Assembly: GCA_963715815.1 (NCBI GenBank)
Contig: OY970278.1
Location: 2,460,569 to 2,524,568 of the forward strand
DNA: 64,000 nt
DNA from: Vulcanimicrobiota bacterium
Lineage (GTDB): Bacteria > Vulcanimicrobiota > Vulcanimicrobiia > Vulcanimicrobiales > Vulcanimicrobiaceae
Direction: 5' to 3'
The stretch's first letter is position 1. Every line of letters begins with the position of its first letter. Positions 43,591 to 53,766 of this stretch are shown piece after piece. Under the pieces are notes generated by a model. It saw only the letters and a program-made list of their open reading frames with translations, was not told the DNA's origin and ran no database searches. Position numbers and translations under genes: made by a program.

Positions 43591-44748
43591 TTAGCCTCGG
43601 AGACCGAGCGCGACCATCATCTTGTAGCCGACCTCGAGCGCGCGCTCGTCGATGTCAAAGCGTGCCGAGTGGTGCGGAAACGCGGTCCGTTCGTCGCCGC
43701 GTGCACCGACGATGAAGTATGCCCCGGGCCGCTGTTCTTGCATGAAGGACATGTCTTCGGCCCAGCTGACAAGGTCGTGCTCGACGACGTTCTCGGCGCC
43801 GAGCGTCTTGCGGCCGACCTCCCGCACGACGTCGTTCATAGCCTTGTCATTGACCGTCGGCGGATAACTCCAGCGATATTCCATCGAAGGCTCGACTCGC
43901 ATGGCGTCGCCAACACCTTTAGCGATGCGCTCGATGCGCTCGGGCATGCTCTTACGGATCTCCGGATCGAACGTGCGCACCGTTCCGCGTAACATCACTT
44001 CGTCCGGAATGACATTGAAGGTCGTACCCGCTTCAATGTGTCCGACGGTGACGACGACGGGATCTTTCGGCGCCATCTCGCGGCTGACGAGCGTTTGCAC
44101 CATCGTGATAAAGTAACCCGCCGCGGCGATCGGATCGTGCGTCGTCTGCGGCATTCCGCCGTGCCCGCCTTTTCCGCGGATATGCAACGTGAACTCATCT
44201 GCCGACGCAAAGAACGCGCCGTCACGCACGCCGATCTTCCCGACGTCAAGCCCGGTATACAGATGCAGCGCGAAGGTGCGATCGACGTGCGGATTCTCGA
44301 GCGCACCGTCGTCGATCATCAGCTTGTTGCCGGCCAGGCCTTCTTCACCGGGCTGAAAACAAAAGACGAGCGTCCCGGGAACCTCGGTGCGGCGCTCGGC
44401 GAGCGTCTTCGCGGCGTTGAGCAAAATCGACATGTGTCCGTCGTGCCCGCACGCGTGCATTTTCCCGACGTTCTTCGAGCGATACGGCGTCTCGCCGAGC
44501 TCGGTAACCGGAAGCGCATCGATATCAGCGCGCAACAGCGTGACAGGGCCTGGTTTGCCGCCCTTGAGCGTTCCGAGCAATCCGGTCTGTCCAATCCCGG
44601 TACGCAGATCGTCAAGACGCATCTTGCGCAGATGCTCTTCGAGATACTTTGCGGTGTCGTGTTCCACGAGCGACAACTCCGGATACATGTGGAGATGCCG
44701 GCGGACCTGGACGAGCTCTTCGGAGACTTGCGGACGATCGAGCAGCAT
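43591..44748 (-). CDS. M20D family amidohydrolase (N-acyl-amino acid / hippurate hydrolase type)
   Basis: 385 aa. Contains HLHMYPELS, MHACGHDGH and GGHGGMP. Confidence 0.9.
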   Translation of the reverse strand: MLLDRPQVSEELVQVRRHLHMYPELSLVEHDTAKYLEEHLRKMRLDDLRTGIGQTGLLGTLKGGKPGPVTLLRADIDALPVTELGETPYRSKNVGKMHACGHDGHMSILLNAAKTLAERRTEVPGTLVFCFQPGEEGLAGNKLMIDDGALENPHVDRTFALHLYTGLDVGKIGVRDGAFFASADEFTLHIRGKGGHGGMPQTTHDPIAAAGYFITMVQTLVSREMAPKDPVVVTVGHIEAGTTFNVIPDEVMLRGTVRTFDPEIRKSMPERIERIAKGVGDAMRVEPSMEYRWSYPPTVNDKAMNDVVREVGRKTLGAENVVEHDLVSWAEDMSFMQEQRPGAYFIVGARGDERTAFPHHSARFDIDERALEVGYKMMVALGLRG

Positions 44749-44858
44749 GTTCGGGGCTTCGCAACCTTTGCGGCGGTGCCCCTGTGGTGCGGGGGGTACG
44801 ACACCTCTATAGAAGGGAGCCGACCGGGAATGAAAGGCCAGAATCGGATGGAGTTTGG

Positions 44859-45899
44859 ATGGCGCGGGCGCTAAGGCCGCATACCGGCCCCGGCGCGACG
44901 ACTTTCGAGCGCTTCGGACTGTCGGACGAACAGCTGATCACGATCTTGCGCAACATGTTGATGCAGCGGATCGTCGACAACCGCGGGTTTCAGCTAAACC
45001 GGCAGGGCAAGGTGCCGTTCGCACTCGGCAGTGAGGGACATGAAGCGGTGCAAGCCGGCGCTGCGCTGGCGTTTGCACGCGGCAAAGACATTTTCGTCCC
45101 GTACTATCGCGATCTCGGCCTCGTGCTCGGCATCGGCTATCCTATTCTCGATTTGCTGCTTTCGATGTTCGCGCGCGGCGCGGATCGTTCGGGGGGACGC
45201 CAATTTCCGAATCACTTCGGGAATCACGATCTCGGCATCATGAACATCTCGTCGATCATCTCTGCGCACATTCCGCATGCGGTCGGCGCGGCATATGCGT
45301 TCACGTATCGCGGCGAAACCGGACGCGCGGTACTCGTAACCTTCGGTGAAGGTGGAACGAGCGAAGGCGAATGGCACGAATCAATCAATTTCGCGTCCAT
45401 TCATAACTTGCCGATCGTCTTTCTCTGCCAGAACAACGGCATCGCAATCTCGGTCCCGCAGACGCAGCAGATGCATGTCAAAGACGTCGCGCAGAAGGCC
45501 GTTGCGTACGGCATCCCCGGCGAAACCTTTGACGGAATGGACCCGCTGATCAGCTACGACGCCGTCAAACGCGCACTTGATCGCGCGCGGACCGGCGGCG
45601 GACCAACGCTGCTCGAAGCCAAGTGCGCGCGCTTCCTTTCACACTCTACCGACGACGACGACCGTGCATATCGTTCGCGCGAGGTCGTACAAGAGTTGCG
45701 CAAACGCGACCCGATTACGACTTATGAAGCTCTGTTGCTCGCGAACCACGTCATCGACGAAGCCAAGATCGAATCGTTGCGCCGCGAGATTCTCGAAGAA
45801 ACAAATGATGCGACCGATCGGGCCGAATCAATGCCGCTTCCCGAGCCATCGGATCTATACAAGAACGTATATGCGGGAGACTACGAACCGTGGCAATAG
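44859..45899 (+). CDS. 2-oxoacid (pyruvate/branched-chain) dehydrogenase E1 alpha subunit, TPP-dependent
   Basis: Start taken at MARALRPH. The upstream part of the track ORF is Arg-rich and overlaps the divergent gene. TPP motif region: VTFGEGGTSEGEWHESINFASIHNLPIVFLCQNNG. Confidence 0.9.
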   Translation: MARALRPHTGPGATTFERFGLSDEQLITILRNMLMQRIVDNRGFQLNRQGKVPFALGSEGHEAVQAGAALAFARGKDIFVPYYRDLGLVLGIGYPILDLLLSMFARGADRSGGRQFPNHFGNHDLGIMNISSIISAHIPHAVGAAYAFTYRGETGRAVLVTFGEGGTSEGEWHESINFASIHNLPIVFLCQNNGIAISVPQTQQMHVKDVAQKAVAYGIPGETFDGMDPLISYDAVKRALDRARTGGGPTLLEAKCARFLSHSTDDDDRAYRSREVVQELRKRDPITTYEALLLANHVIDEAKIESLRREILEETNDATDRAESMPLPEPSDLYKNVYAGDYEPWQ

Positions 45900-46891
45900 C
45901 GACCCAAACGCGCGAGATGAATAACGTCGAGGCGGTGCGCGAATCGCTACACGAGGCGTTGGTCACTGACGAACGCGTCCTCATCATGGGCGAGGACGTC
46001 GGCGCACGCGGAAACGTCTTCTTGATCACCAAAGGCTTTCTTGAAGAATTCGGCCCGAAGCGAATCATCGATACGCCGCTCGCCGAAGCCTCGATCGTCG
46101 GCGTCGCAATCGGCATGGCGATGGAAGGATTGCGTCCGATCGCCGAGATTCAATTCGCCGACTTCATTTATCCGGCTTTCAACCAGATCGTCGGTGAAGC
46201 CGCGAAGACGCGCTACCGCAGCAACGGCGATTACACGTGTCCGCTCGTCATCCGTACACCCTACGGCGGCGGCGTACGCGGCGCACTCTCGCACTCCGTC
46301 TCCATCGAAGCTCTGTTCTATCACGTTCCCGGACTAAAAATTCTCGCGCCCTCGACGCCCGCGGATATCAAAGGTTTGCTGACCGCTGCGATCGAGGATC
46401 CCGACCCCGTCCTGTTCCTCGAACACAAGAAAACGTATCGCCTCGTCAAAGGCCCCGTCCCCGAAGGGCATTACGTTCTGCCGATCGGTAAGGCGGACGT
46501 TAAGAAGGACGGCTCGCAGCTGACCGTCGTTTCGTACGGACTGTACGTGCATCAAGCACTCGACGCGGCACGCCAGCTCGAAACCGAAGACGTATCGGTC
46601 GAAGTGATCGACCTGCGTTCGATTCGGCCGATGGACCGCGAAACGATCCTAGAAAGCGTGCGGAAGACGCGCAAGCTTCTGATCATTCACGAGGACAACA
46701 AGTTCGGTGGCATCGGCGCCGAGATTGCGGCGATGGTAGCCGAAGAGGCACTCTTCGATTTAGACGCGCCGGTCAAGCGGCTGTGCGGCCCCGATGTTCC
46801 TGCAATGGGCTACGCGATCTCGCTCGAAGAAGAGTTCATGATCTCGACTGAGCGCATGCGTGAAGCAATGCGCGAATTAGTGAATTTCTGA
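45890..46891 (+). CDS. 2-oxoacid dehydrogenase E1 beta subunit
   Basis: 333 aa. Contains MGEDVGARGNVFLITKGF...DTPLAEASIVGVAIGMA. Confidence 0.9.
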   Translation: MAIATQTREMNNVEAVRESLHEALVTDERVLIMGEDVGARGNVFLITKGFLEEFGPKRIIDTPLAEASIVGVAIGMAMEGLRPIAEIQFADFIYPAFNQIVGEAAKTRYRSNGDYTCPLVIRTPYGGGVRGALSHSVSIEALFYHVPGLKILAPSTPADIKGLLTAAIEDPDPVLFLEHKKTYRLVKGPVPEGHYVLPIGKADVKKDGSQLTVVSYGLYVHQALDAARQLETEDVSVEVIDLRSIRPMDRETILESVRKTRKLLIIHEDNKFGGIGAEIAAMVAEEALFDLDAPVKRLCGPDVPAMGYAISLEEEFMISTERMREAMRELVNF

Positions 46892-48150
46892 TGCCGACCA
46901 CGATCAAGATGCCGCAGCTCGGCGAAACAGTCACGGAAGGCACGGTCGCGCAATGGCTCAAGAAGCCTGGCGACCGCATCGAAAAGTATGAAGCCTTCGT
47001 CGAGGTTTCGACCGACAAGGTGAACGCCGAAGTCCCGGCCCCGGTGAGCGGGATCTTGCGCGAGATCATCGTGCAAGAAGGCGAGACCGTTCCTACCGGC
47101 GCGGCGATCGCCGTGATCGACGAAGCCGGCGCACCCGCGAATGCGGAACCTGTCGCCGATGCGATTATGGCCGCGCCCGCGACGGCCGTTCACACCGCAG
47201 CACCGGCCGCCAGGGTACCGACACCGAACGGTGTCTCGCGCGCTGATACGTCGCTGCGCGGCGTCTCGCCCGCGGTACGCAAGCTCGCACGCGAACACAA
47301 CGTCGACGTGACGAGCATCCGAGGAACCGGCTCGAACGGACGTATCACGGCACAAGATATTTTAGAAGCGTCACGTGGCGGAAGCGCCGCACCGGCAGCT
47401 CCGCGAGCGGCGAGCGCGCCGAGCGACGGACGCTCGAGCTACACCAATCCGATTCCAGGCACGACGATCCCGTTGACGCAAGCGCGCAAGATCATCGCGC
47501 AGCGCATGGTCGAATCGCGCCGAACCGCGCCGCACGCGTGGACGATGGTCGAAGTCGACGTCACCAATCTTTGGACGTGGCGCACGCGCGAGAAAGACAC
47601 TTTCGAACGCGAGAACGGCCAGAAGCTCACGCTACTGCCCTTCTTCGTGCGCGCAGTCGTCGGATCGCTCGCGGCTTATCCATTGATGAACGCATCCTTC
47701 ACCGATGCGGGTATCAAGGTTCACAAGGACATCAATGTCTCGGTTGCCGTCGCGCTCCCCGACAATTTGATTCTTCCGGTCATGCGCAACGCCGACAAGC
47801 TTTCGATCAAAGGTCTCGCCGTCGCGGCAGGGTCGCTCGTCGATCGCGCGCGGCGCGGCCAGCTCGGCGCAGACGATCTCGCGGGCGGTACGTTCACGGT
47901 GAACAACACGGGCGCGAACGGCTCGATTCTGTCGGCACCGATTCTTCCCACCGGTCAAGCCGGCATCATCACGATGGAGGCGGTTGTGAAACGCCCCGTC
48001 GTCGTGACCGGCGACGCGATCGCGATCCGCTCGATCATGAACGTTTGTCTCTCGCTCGATCACCGCGTCGTCGACGGCGGCATCGCCAGCGCATTTCTTT
48101 CTGACGTCAAGAAGCGGCTCGAAGCGATGGGGCCGTCCGGCACGCTCTAA
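46891..48150 (+). CDS. Dihydrolipoamide acyltransferase (E2)
   Basis: Lipoyl domain (MPQLGETVTEGTV...VSTDKVNAEVPAP), E3-binding domain (SPAVRKLAREHNVD) and catalytic domain (SLDHRVVDG). Confidence 0.9.
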   Translation: MPTTIKMPQLGETVTEGTVAQWLKKPGDRIEKYEAFVEVSTDKVNAEVPAPVSGILREIIVQEGETVPTGAAIAVIDEAGAPANAEPVADAIMAAPATAVHTAAPAARVPTPNGVSRADTSLRGVSPAVRKLAREHNVDVTSIRGTGSNGRITAQDILEASRGGSAAPAAPRAASAPSDGRSSYTNPIPGTTIPLTQARKIIAQRMVESRRTAPHAWTMVEVDVTNLWTWRTREKDTFERENGQKLTLLPFFVRAVVGSLAAYPLMNASFTDAGIKVHKDINVSVAVALPDNLILPVMRNADKLSIKGLAVAAGSLVDRARRGQLGADDLAGGTFTVNNTGANGSILSAPILPTGQAGIITMEAVVKRPVVVTGDAIAIRSIMNVCLSLDHRVVDGGIASAFLSDVKKRLEAMGPSGTL

Positions 48151-48155
48151 GCCTG

Positions 48156-48518
48156 GTGCAAGTCCGCAAAACGTTTCGCTTCGAAGCCGCGCACGTTCTC
48201 CCGCATCATCCCGGAAAGTGCTCGCGTCTTCACGGGCACTCGTATCGTCTCGAGGTCGCAGTCAACGGGCCGATTCAAGGTGACGGACCGAGTCTGGGTA
48301 TGGTGATCGATTTCGACGAGATCGACAAAATTGTTCAGACAACGATCATCGGTCAATTGGATCATGTCTCGCTCAACGATCTGATGCCGAATCCGACCAG
48401 CGAAAATATCGTCATGTGGATTTGGCGCCGGCTCAATGATTCGCTCGATGGTCTCGAAGAGCTGGTGTTGTGGGAAACCGCAACGGCGTGCGCCGTTTTC
48501 CGAAGGTCGGATCTGTGA
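48156..48518 (+). CDS. queD: 6-carboxy-5,6,7,8-tetrahydropterin synthase
   Basis: 120 aa. Contains FRFEAAHVLPHHPGKCSRLHGHSY. Confidence 0.9.
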   Translation: MQVRKTFRFEAAHVLPHHPGKCSRLHGHSYRLEVAVNGPIQGDGPSLGMVIDFDEIDKIVQTTIIGQLDHVSLNDLMPNPTSENIVMWIWRRLNDSLDGLEELVLWETATACAVFRRSDL

Positions 48519-49099
48519 TGCTACAGATGGTCGAGATCTTCTACAGCTTGCAAGGCGAAGGCAGCTATGCCGGAACGCCCGCCGTGTTCGTGCGCCTCGC
48601 CGGCTGCAATCTTGCATGCGATTTCTGCGACACCGACTATGCGCTGAAATTTCTTGCATCGATCGACGATGTCGTCGCCCGCGTGCGTGAAATCGGCGGC
48701 GATTGTCCGATGGTCGTGATCACGGGTGGTGAGCCGTTTGCGCAACGCGAGACGCTTGCGCTCATCGCTGCGCTGCGTGCCGACGGCCGGCGCATCCATG
48801 TCGAGTCGAACGGTACGATTCCGGTCGATGCCGAGCTTCCATCCGATGTCTGGCTGACGGTCTCGCCGAAAGATCGGCTCGACTCCGGCATGGCGCGGCG
48901 CGCCAACGAAGCGAAACTGATCGTCGACCGTCGCGTTCCGCGCGAATGGACGGAGCGTTTTGACGCGCACACGCCAATCTTTCTGCAGCCCGAAGGAAAC
49001 AAACCCGAAAACGTTGCGCTCGCCATCGAAGCTGCAAAAGCCGAGCCGAATCTTTTCCGGCTCTCACTGCAGACGCACAAGTTCATCGGCATTCGTTGA
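48518..49099 (+). CDS. queE: 7-carboxy-7-deazaguanine synthase (radical SAM)
   Basis: MLQMVEIFYSLQGEGSYAGTPAVFVRLAGCNLACDFCDT. The ATG overlaps the queD TGA. Confidence 0.85.
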   Translation: MLQMVEIFYSLQGEGSYAGTPAVFVRLAGCNLACDFCDTDYALKFLASIDDVVARVREIGGDCPMVVITGGEPFAQRETLALIAALRADGRRIHVESNGTIPVDAELPSDVWLTVSPKDRLDSGMARRANEAKLIVDRRVPREWTERFDAHTPIFLQPEGNKPENVALAIEAAKAEPNLFRLSLQTHKFIGIR

Positions 49100-49707
49100 T
49101 CCTCGTCGTGTGTGCGGTCGCGCAAGAGCTGCGGCATTGGAAGCCCCGCGAGCACGTCGAGATGCTGGTGACGGGGATCGGTCCCGTGGAAGCCGCAGCT
49201 GCAACGTCGCGGGCACTTGCAACTTCGGCGCCCAGCATCGTCATCAACGCGGGCATCGGCGGCGGTTTTCGCGGCCGCGCAGCCGTCGGCGATGCATTTG
49301 CGATCGAGACCGATCATCTCGCCGAGCTTGGACTAGAGGACGGAAACCCGCTGCCGCCCTTACCTGGCGGCGTACGGCTCGTCGAGAAAACAGAAAGCGA
49401 TGAGGAACTGGTCGAGCTATGCGCGAGCGTCGGTGCACGCATCGGCAGCGCGATAACAGTCTCGACGATCACAACGAGCGATGCCCGCGCCGAAAATTTG
49501 GCACAGCGGTTCGAAGCAGAGATTGAAGCGATGGAAGGCTTCGCGGTGTTGCGCTCTGCAGCGGTGGCAGGAATACCCGCCCTCGAGCTGCGCGGCGTTT
49601 CGAATCTCGTCGGTGCGCGAGAACGCGCGGGCTGGGATTTCGACGCCGGTGCGCGCGCTGTCGCGATGCTGCTGGATCGTTTCTTGGATGCGTTTATAAA
49701 AAAATGA
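49096..49707 (+). CDS. mqnB: Futalosine hydrolase-like nucleosidase
   Basis: 203-aa PNP/UDP-type fold (LVTGIGPVEAAAATSRAL...EAMEGFAV). Coupled to mqnD by a 4-nt overlap. Confidence 0.7.
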   Translation: MILVVCAVAQELRHWKPREHVEMLVTGIGPVEAAAATSRALATSAPSIVINAGIGGGFRGRAAVGDAFAIETDHLAELGLEDGNPLPPLPGGVRLVEKTESDEELVELCASVGARIGSAITVSTITTSDARAENLAQRFEAEIEAMEGFAVLRSAAVAGIPALELRGVSNLVGARERAGWDFDAGARAVAMLLDRFLDAFIKK

Positions 49708-50549
49708 GCTATTCACTCGCGTACACGCCCTGTCCCAACGACACGTATATCTTCGCGGCCCTCACGAACGGCTTGCTGAAAGACGCGCCGAAGGTCGATG
49801 CCGTCCTCGATGACGTTGAGGGTTTGAACGCGGCTGCACGGCGCGGCGCGTACGCATTGACGAAAGTCAGCTACGGTGCGATTCCGTATCTGCTCGACCG
49901 CTATCGCATCTTGCGTTCGGGCGGCGCACTCGGTCGCGGTTGCGGTCCGCTGCTGATCGCGAAGCCGCGCGCAGACGGCAGCGTTCCTACGCTCGAGGAG
50001 CTCTCGCCGGATGCAATCATCGCGATACCCGGCGTGCTGACGACCGCATTCTTGCTCGTGCGCCTTGCGCTCGGACGAACGCCGCAGATTGCCGAAATGC
50101 GCTTCGATAAAATCGTCGACGCCGTCGCCAAGGGCGAGGTCGACGCCGGACTCATCATCCACGAATCGCGCTTCACGTACCAGGTACGCGGACTGCGCTC
50201 GATCGTCGATCTGGGCGAATGGTGGGAAGGTCAGACGCGAACGCCGATACCCCTCGGCGCAATTCTCGCGCGGCGCGATCTTGACGACAAAGAAGCCATC
50301 GGCGTCGATGGGGCCGTGCGCCGGAGCTTGCAATTCGCGCGCAAACGTGAAGACGCCATCATCGACTACGTCCGCGCGCACGCAACGGAGATGTCCGACG
50401 ACGTAATGCGCAAGCACATCGGCCTTTACGTCAACGACTTCAGCGACGACGTCGGCGACGAGGGCCGTGCGGCCGTCGACATGCTCTTCTCGCGCGCGTC
50501 TTCGGCGGGCTTGATTCCCCCGGATGTGAAGCCCGAATTCATCGGATGA
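49704..50549 (+). CDS. mqnD: 1,4-dihydroxy-6-naphthoate synthase (futalosine pathway)
   Basis: The N-terminus YSLAYTPCPNDTYIFAAL matches the MqnD SPCPNDTF signature. Confidence 0.8.
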   Translation: MSYSLAYTPCPNDTYIFAALTNGLLKDAPKVDAVLDDVEGLNAAARRGAYALTKVSYGAIPYLLDRYRILRSGGALGRGCGPLLIAKPRADGSVPTLEELSPDAIIAIPGVLTTAFLLVRLALGRTPQIAEMRFDKIVDAVAKGEVDAGLIIHESRFTYQVRGLRSIVDLGEWWEGQTRTPIPLGAILARRDLDDKEAIGVDGAVRRSLQFARKREDAIIDYVRAHATEMSDDVMRKHIGLYVNDFSDDVGDEGRAAVDMLFSRASSAGLIPPDVKPEFIG

Positions 50550-51757
50550 ACCGGCGCGGATTTCTCGCATCGTCTGTCGCACTTGCGGTTACGCCACGCA
50601 GCGTTGCGGCGGCACCGACGGTGATGCTCGGGGATGACGTTCTAGTCAACGACGTATGGAACGAGATCGGTAATCGCAGCATTGGAATCGTGACGAATCA
50701 AACTGGCGTCACATCGCGTCAGGTGTCGATCGTCGATGCGTTGCGTCGCAATTCGCGAGTCAGCGTCAAAGCGTTGTTCGCGCCCGAACATGGGTTGCGC
50801 GGCGACCGGCCGGCCGGGGCGTACGTTCCGTCGTATACGGATCCGTCTTCGGGCCTACCGGTCTACAGTTTATACGGTGCGACGCGTCATCCGAGTGCGG
50901 CTATGCTCGCGGGCATCGATCTCTTGCTCTTCGACATTCAAGACGTCGGCGCGCGCGCATACACGTTCATCTCGACGATGGCCTACGTCATGCAAGCCGC
51001 TGCTCAGCACGGAAAAGAGATCTGGATTCTCGATCGTCCGAATCCAATCGGCGGGGCGATTGTCGAAGGTCCCGTTCTCGAACCCGAATACAAATCGTTC
51101 ATCGGACTCTATCCGATTGCAATGCGTCACGGCATGACGGTCGGCGAGCTAGCGCAGATGTTCAACGATGCCTTCGGGATTCGCGCGAAGCTGCGCGTCA
51201 TTCCCATGCGCGGCTGGCAACGTTCGATGCTTTGGGACGAGACCCGACTACCATGGATTCAGAGCTCGCCGAACATTCCTAGCTGGGAAACGACGTTGTT
51301 GTATCCATGCACCGGGCTCGTCGCATCGGCAGGCCTCAACAACGCAACCGGGACAGCCAGGCCGTTTCAGTATGCGGGTACGCACGGGCTCGACGCACAG
51401 AAATTCGCGGACGCGATGAATGCGCGCCAACTCCCGGGTGTCAGTTTTCAGGGCGTCGTCTGGGTACCGCCGTCAGGGTTTTGGGCCGGCAAGCAACTTA
51501 CGGGCGTTGCACTCGGCATCACCGGTCCGCATGCGTTTCTTGCGGTGTTAACGGCTGTTGAGCTGCTGGTTACCGCGCGTCAAATCGATCCGAGCGCCAT
51601 TTCGATTCAAAGCCGCACCGGCGTCGATCGCGATTGGGGCACTGACACGCTGCGCGAAGGCTTACTTGCCGGAAAATCCGCGGCCGAAATCATCGCCGAG
51701 TGGGCTCCGCGTCTCGCAGAATTCAAAACGCTGCGCGCGAAATATTTGTTGTACTAG
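50546..51757 (+). CDS. DUF1343 / NamZ-like exo-beta-N-acetylmuramidase, exported
   Basis: 403 aa. Contains IGIVTNQTGV...ALFAPEHGLRGDRPAG. Confidence 0.8.
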   Translation: MNRRGFLASSVALAVTPRSVAAAPTVMLGDDVLVNDVWNEIGNRSIGIVTNQTGVTSRQVSIVDALRRNSRVSVKALFAPEHGLRGDRPAGAYVPSYTDPSSGLPVYSLYGATRHPSAAMLAGIDLLLFDIQDVGARAYTFISTMAYVMQAAAQHGKEIWILDRPNPIGGAIVEGPVLEPEYKSFIGLYPIAMRHGMTVGELAQMFNDAFGIRAKLRVIPMRGWQRSMLWDETRLPWIQSSPNIPSWETTLLYPCTGLVASAGLNNATGTARPFQYAGTHGLDAQKFADAMNARQLPGVSFQGVVWVPPSGFWAGKQLTGVALGITGPHAFLAVLTAVELLVTARQIDPSAISIQSRTGVDRDWGTDTLREGLLAGKSAAEIIAEWAPRLAEFKTLRAKYLLY

Positions 51758-52320
51758 TAGAGAACGCGCTTATCGCGTTCGGTTTTGATTCGCAGCTGGT
51801 TGAGCTGAAAATAGTGCGCAAAGCGCTGGATTTCGTCCATCGTGCCTTCGCTGATGTCAACGAACTGCATGCCGTGAACGAATACCGCACGCGGTAGGTT
51901 AAAGAACGTAATCTTCGATTTCGCGCGCACGTGCATCTCGCTGAATTTACGCGGCGGCTTCTTGACCCGCTTCTTGCGCGGACCAAACGGCGTATCTTCG
52001 GAGACTTCTTTCCACTCTGGGAAGAATTCGAGAAAGTCGCACGGCAGCGTGAAGTGCAAAAGCAGTTCCTGGTCGTGAATCATGTCCTCGTCGAGCAATA
52101 TGCGCAATCCACCCGCGGAAAGATCGTTTGCCATCGCGCGACGCTCGCCCGGACGACCTACGACTTCATAATAAACGGGGAACTCGATCTCTGCACGAAA
52201 CGCAGTGCGCTTATTGTTGGCACCGCCGGCTGCAGCCGCTGCTGCCGCGCCGCGCGCCGCCGCTGTACTTTCAGCCGAGCCACCGGCCGTTCGCTTCTTC
52301 TCGCCACCAAACCTGAACAT
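51754..52320 (-). CDS. PilZ-domain protein (putative c-di-GMP receptor)
   Basis: Only the last 188 aa of track ORF 51754..53289 belong to this gene. Begins MFRFGGEKKR. Carries R-x-x-x-R (RTAFR) and D/N-x-S-x-x-G (NDLSAGG). Confidence 0.75.
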   Translation of the reverse strand: MFRFGGEKKRTAGGSAESTAAARGAAAAAAAGGANNKRTAFRAEIEFPVYYEVVGRPGERRAMANDLSAGGLRILLDEDMIHDQELLLHFTLPCDFLEFFPEWKEVSEDTPFGPRKKRVKKPPRKFSEMHVRAKSKITFFNLPRAVFVHGMQFVDISEGTMDEIQRFAHYFQLNQLRIKTERDKRVLY

Positions 52321-52371
52321 CGAAGTTCTCGCTTTCCAGGACTCTGTGCGCAGCCCTCCGTAGGGGGCTGC

Positions 52372-53766
52372 GTGAGCGTGCTCGCCGACCGGTTGATTGC
52401 AGCGTTGGGGGCCGACGCCGTCCACACGGAACCCGAAGATTTGGCTGTCTACGCGTTCGATGCGTACAGCGAGGACCGGCTGCCGAGCGCGGCAGTCGTT
52501 CCGAAAGATGTGCGTGAGGTCACGCAAGTCGTCCGAATCGCTGCGGAGTGTGGTGAGCCGATCGTCGCGCGCGGCGCGGGAACTGGTTTGTGCGGCGGCG
52601 CCGTTCCGACGCAGGGCGGCATCGTCGTTTCGTTTGCGCGAATGAATCGCATTCTTGAAATCGATACGCGCAATCGTCGCGCGAAAGTCGAACCTGGCCT
52701 CATAAATCTCGATCTCTCGCGTGCAACGGCGCGCGACGGACTCTTTTATGCACCGGACCCGTCGAGTCAAAAAGTGTCGTCGCTCGGCGGCAACATCGCG
52801 ACGAATGCCGGCGGTCCGCATTGTCTCTCTTATGGCACGACGACCAATCACGTGATCGGCCTGGAATACGTCGATGGCCGCGGCGAAGTCGTGACGGTTC
52901 ATCAGAACGATCCGGGCTACGATATTGCCGGCGTCTTGGTCGGCAGCGAAGGTACGCTCGGCATCGTCACATCGATCGAGCTGCGCTTGATGCGCCTCCC
53001 CGAAGCGGTCCGCGTCTGCGTCGCGACGTTCGGCGACGTCGAGAGCGCAAGTGAGGCCGTTTCGCAGGTGATCGGCGCCGGGATCGTGCCGATCGCGCTC
53101 GAGATCATGGACAAAGTCATCACCGGCGCCGTCGAAGCCGCGTTCAACGCCGGTTACCCCCGGGATGCGGGGGCGGTGCTGCTCGTCGAGATTGCCGGAC
53201 TCGCTGACGACATGGACGCAAGCGAAGCTGCGATCGCCAAGATCGCCCGTGCCTGCGGCGCGCTCTCGTGGCGCACTGCGCGCAGCCAAGCCGAGCGCGA
53301 CCTCTTGTGGGCTGCACGCAAGGGGGCGGCAGGCGCGATCGGACGCCTAGCACCCAATTACTATATTCAAGATTGCACCGTGCCGCGCACCAAGCTGCCG
53401 ATGGTGATGCATCGCGTCGAAGAGATCGCGCGCGATCATCAGCTCGCAGTCGGCAACGTCTTTCACGCCGGCGACGGGAACTTGCACCCGCTGCTGCTAT
53501 TCGATCGCAGCCGTCCGCGCGATATTCAAGCCGTGATCGATGCGGGTAGCGAGATCTTAAAGACCTGCATTGATTACGGCGGCACGATCTCGGGCGAACA
53601 CGGCATCGGGTACGAGAAGCGCGAATCGCTCGCGTTACTCTTTTCGGCCGATGATCTCGCGACGATGGGACGCGTGCGCGACGTGCTCGATCCCGCGCGC
53701 CGCTTCAATCCCGACAAGATATTCCCAAGCAGCGCGATGTGCAGCGAAGTTCGTGCCGCGAGCTAA
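52372..53766 (+). CDS. FAD-linked oxidase, GlcD paralogue
   Basis: GTG 52372 is preceded by aggggg. Contains IVARGAGTGLCGGAVP, LFYAPDPSS and FHAGDGNLHPL. Confidence 0.85.
   Translation: MSVLADRLIAALGADAVHTEPEDLAVYAFDAYSEDRLPSAAVVPKDVREVTQVVRIAAECGEPIVARGAGTGLCGGAVPTQGGIVVSFARMNRILEIDTRNRRAKVEPGLINLDLSRATARDGLFYAPDPSSQKVSSLGGNIATNAGGPHCLSYGTTTNHVIGLEYVDGRGEVVTVHQNDPGYDIAGVLVGSEGTLGIVTSIELRLMRLPEAVRVCVATFGDVESASEAVSQVIGAGIVPIALEIMDKVITGAVEAAFNAGYPRDAGAVLLVEIAGLADDMDASEAAIAKIARACGALSWRTARSQAERDLLWAARKGAAGAIGRLAPNYYIQDCTVPRTKLPMVMHRVEEIARDHQLAVGNVFHAGDGNLHPLLLFDRSRPRDIQAVIDAGSEILKTCIDYGGTISGEHGIGYEKRESLALLFSADDLATMGRVRDVLDPARRFNPDKIFPSSAMCSEVRAAS

Noticed and set aside
52321-53289. Upstream two-thirds of track ORF 51754..53289 (511 aa)
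   Set aside because: It is antisense to glcD2 and Arg-rich. Only the last 188 codons (from ATG 52320) form a coherent PilZ protein.
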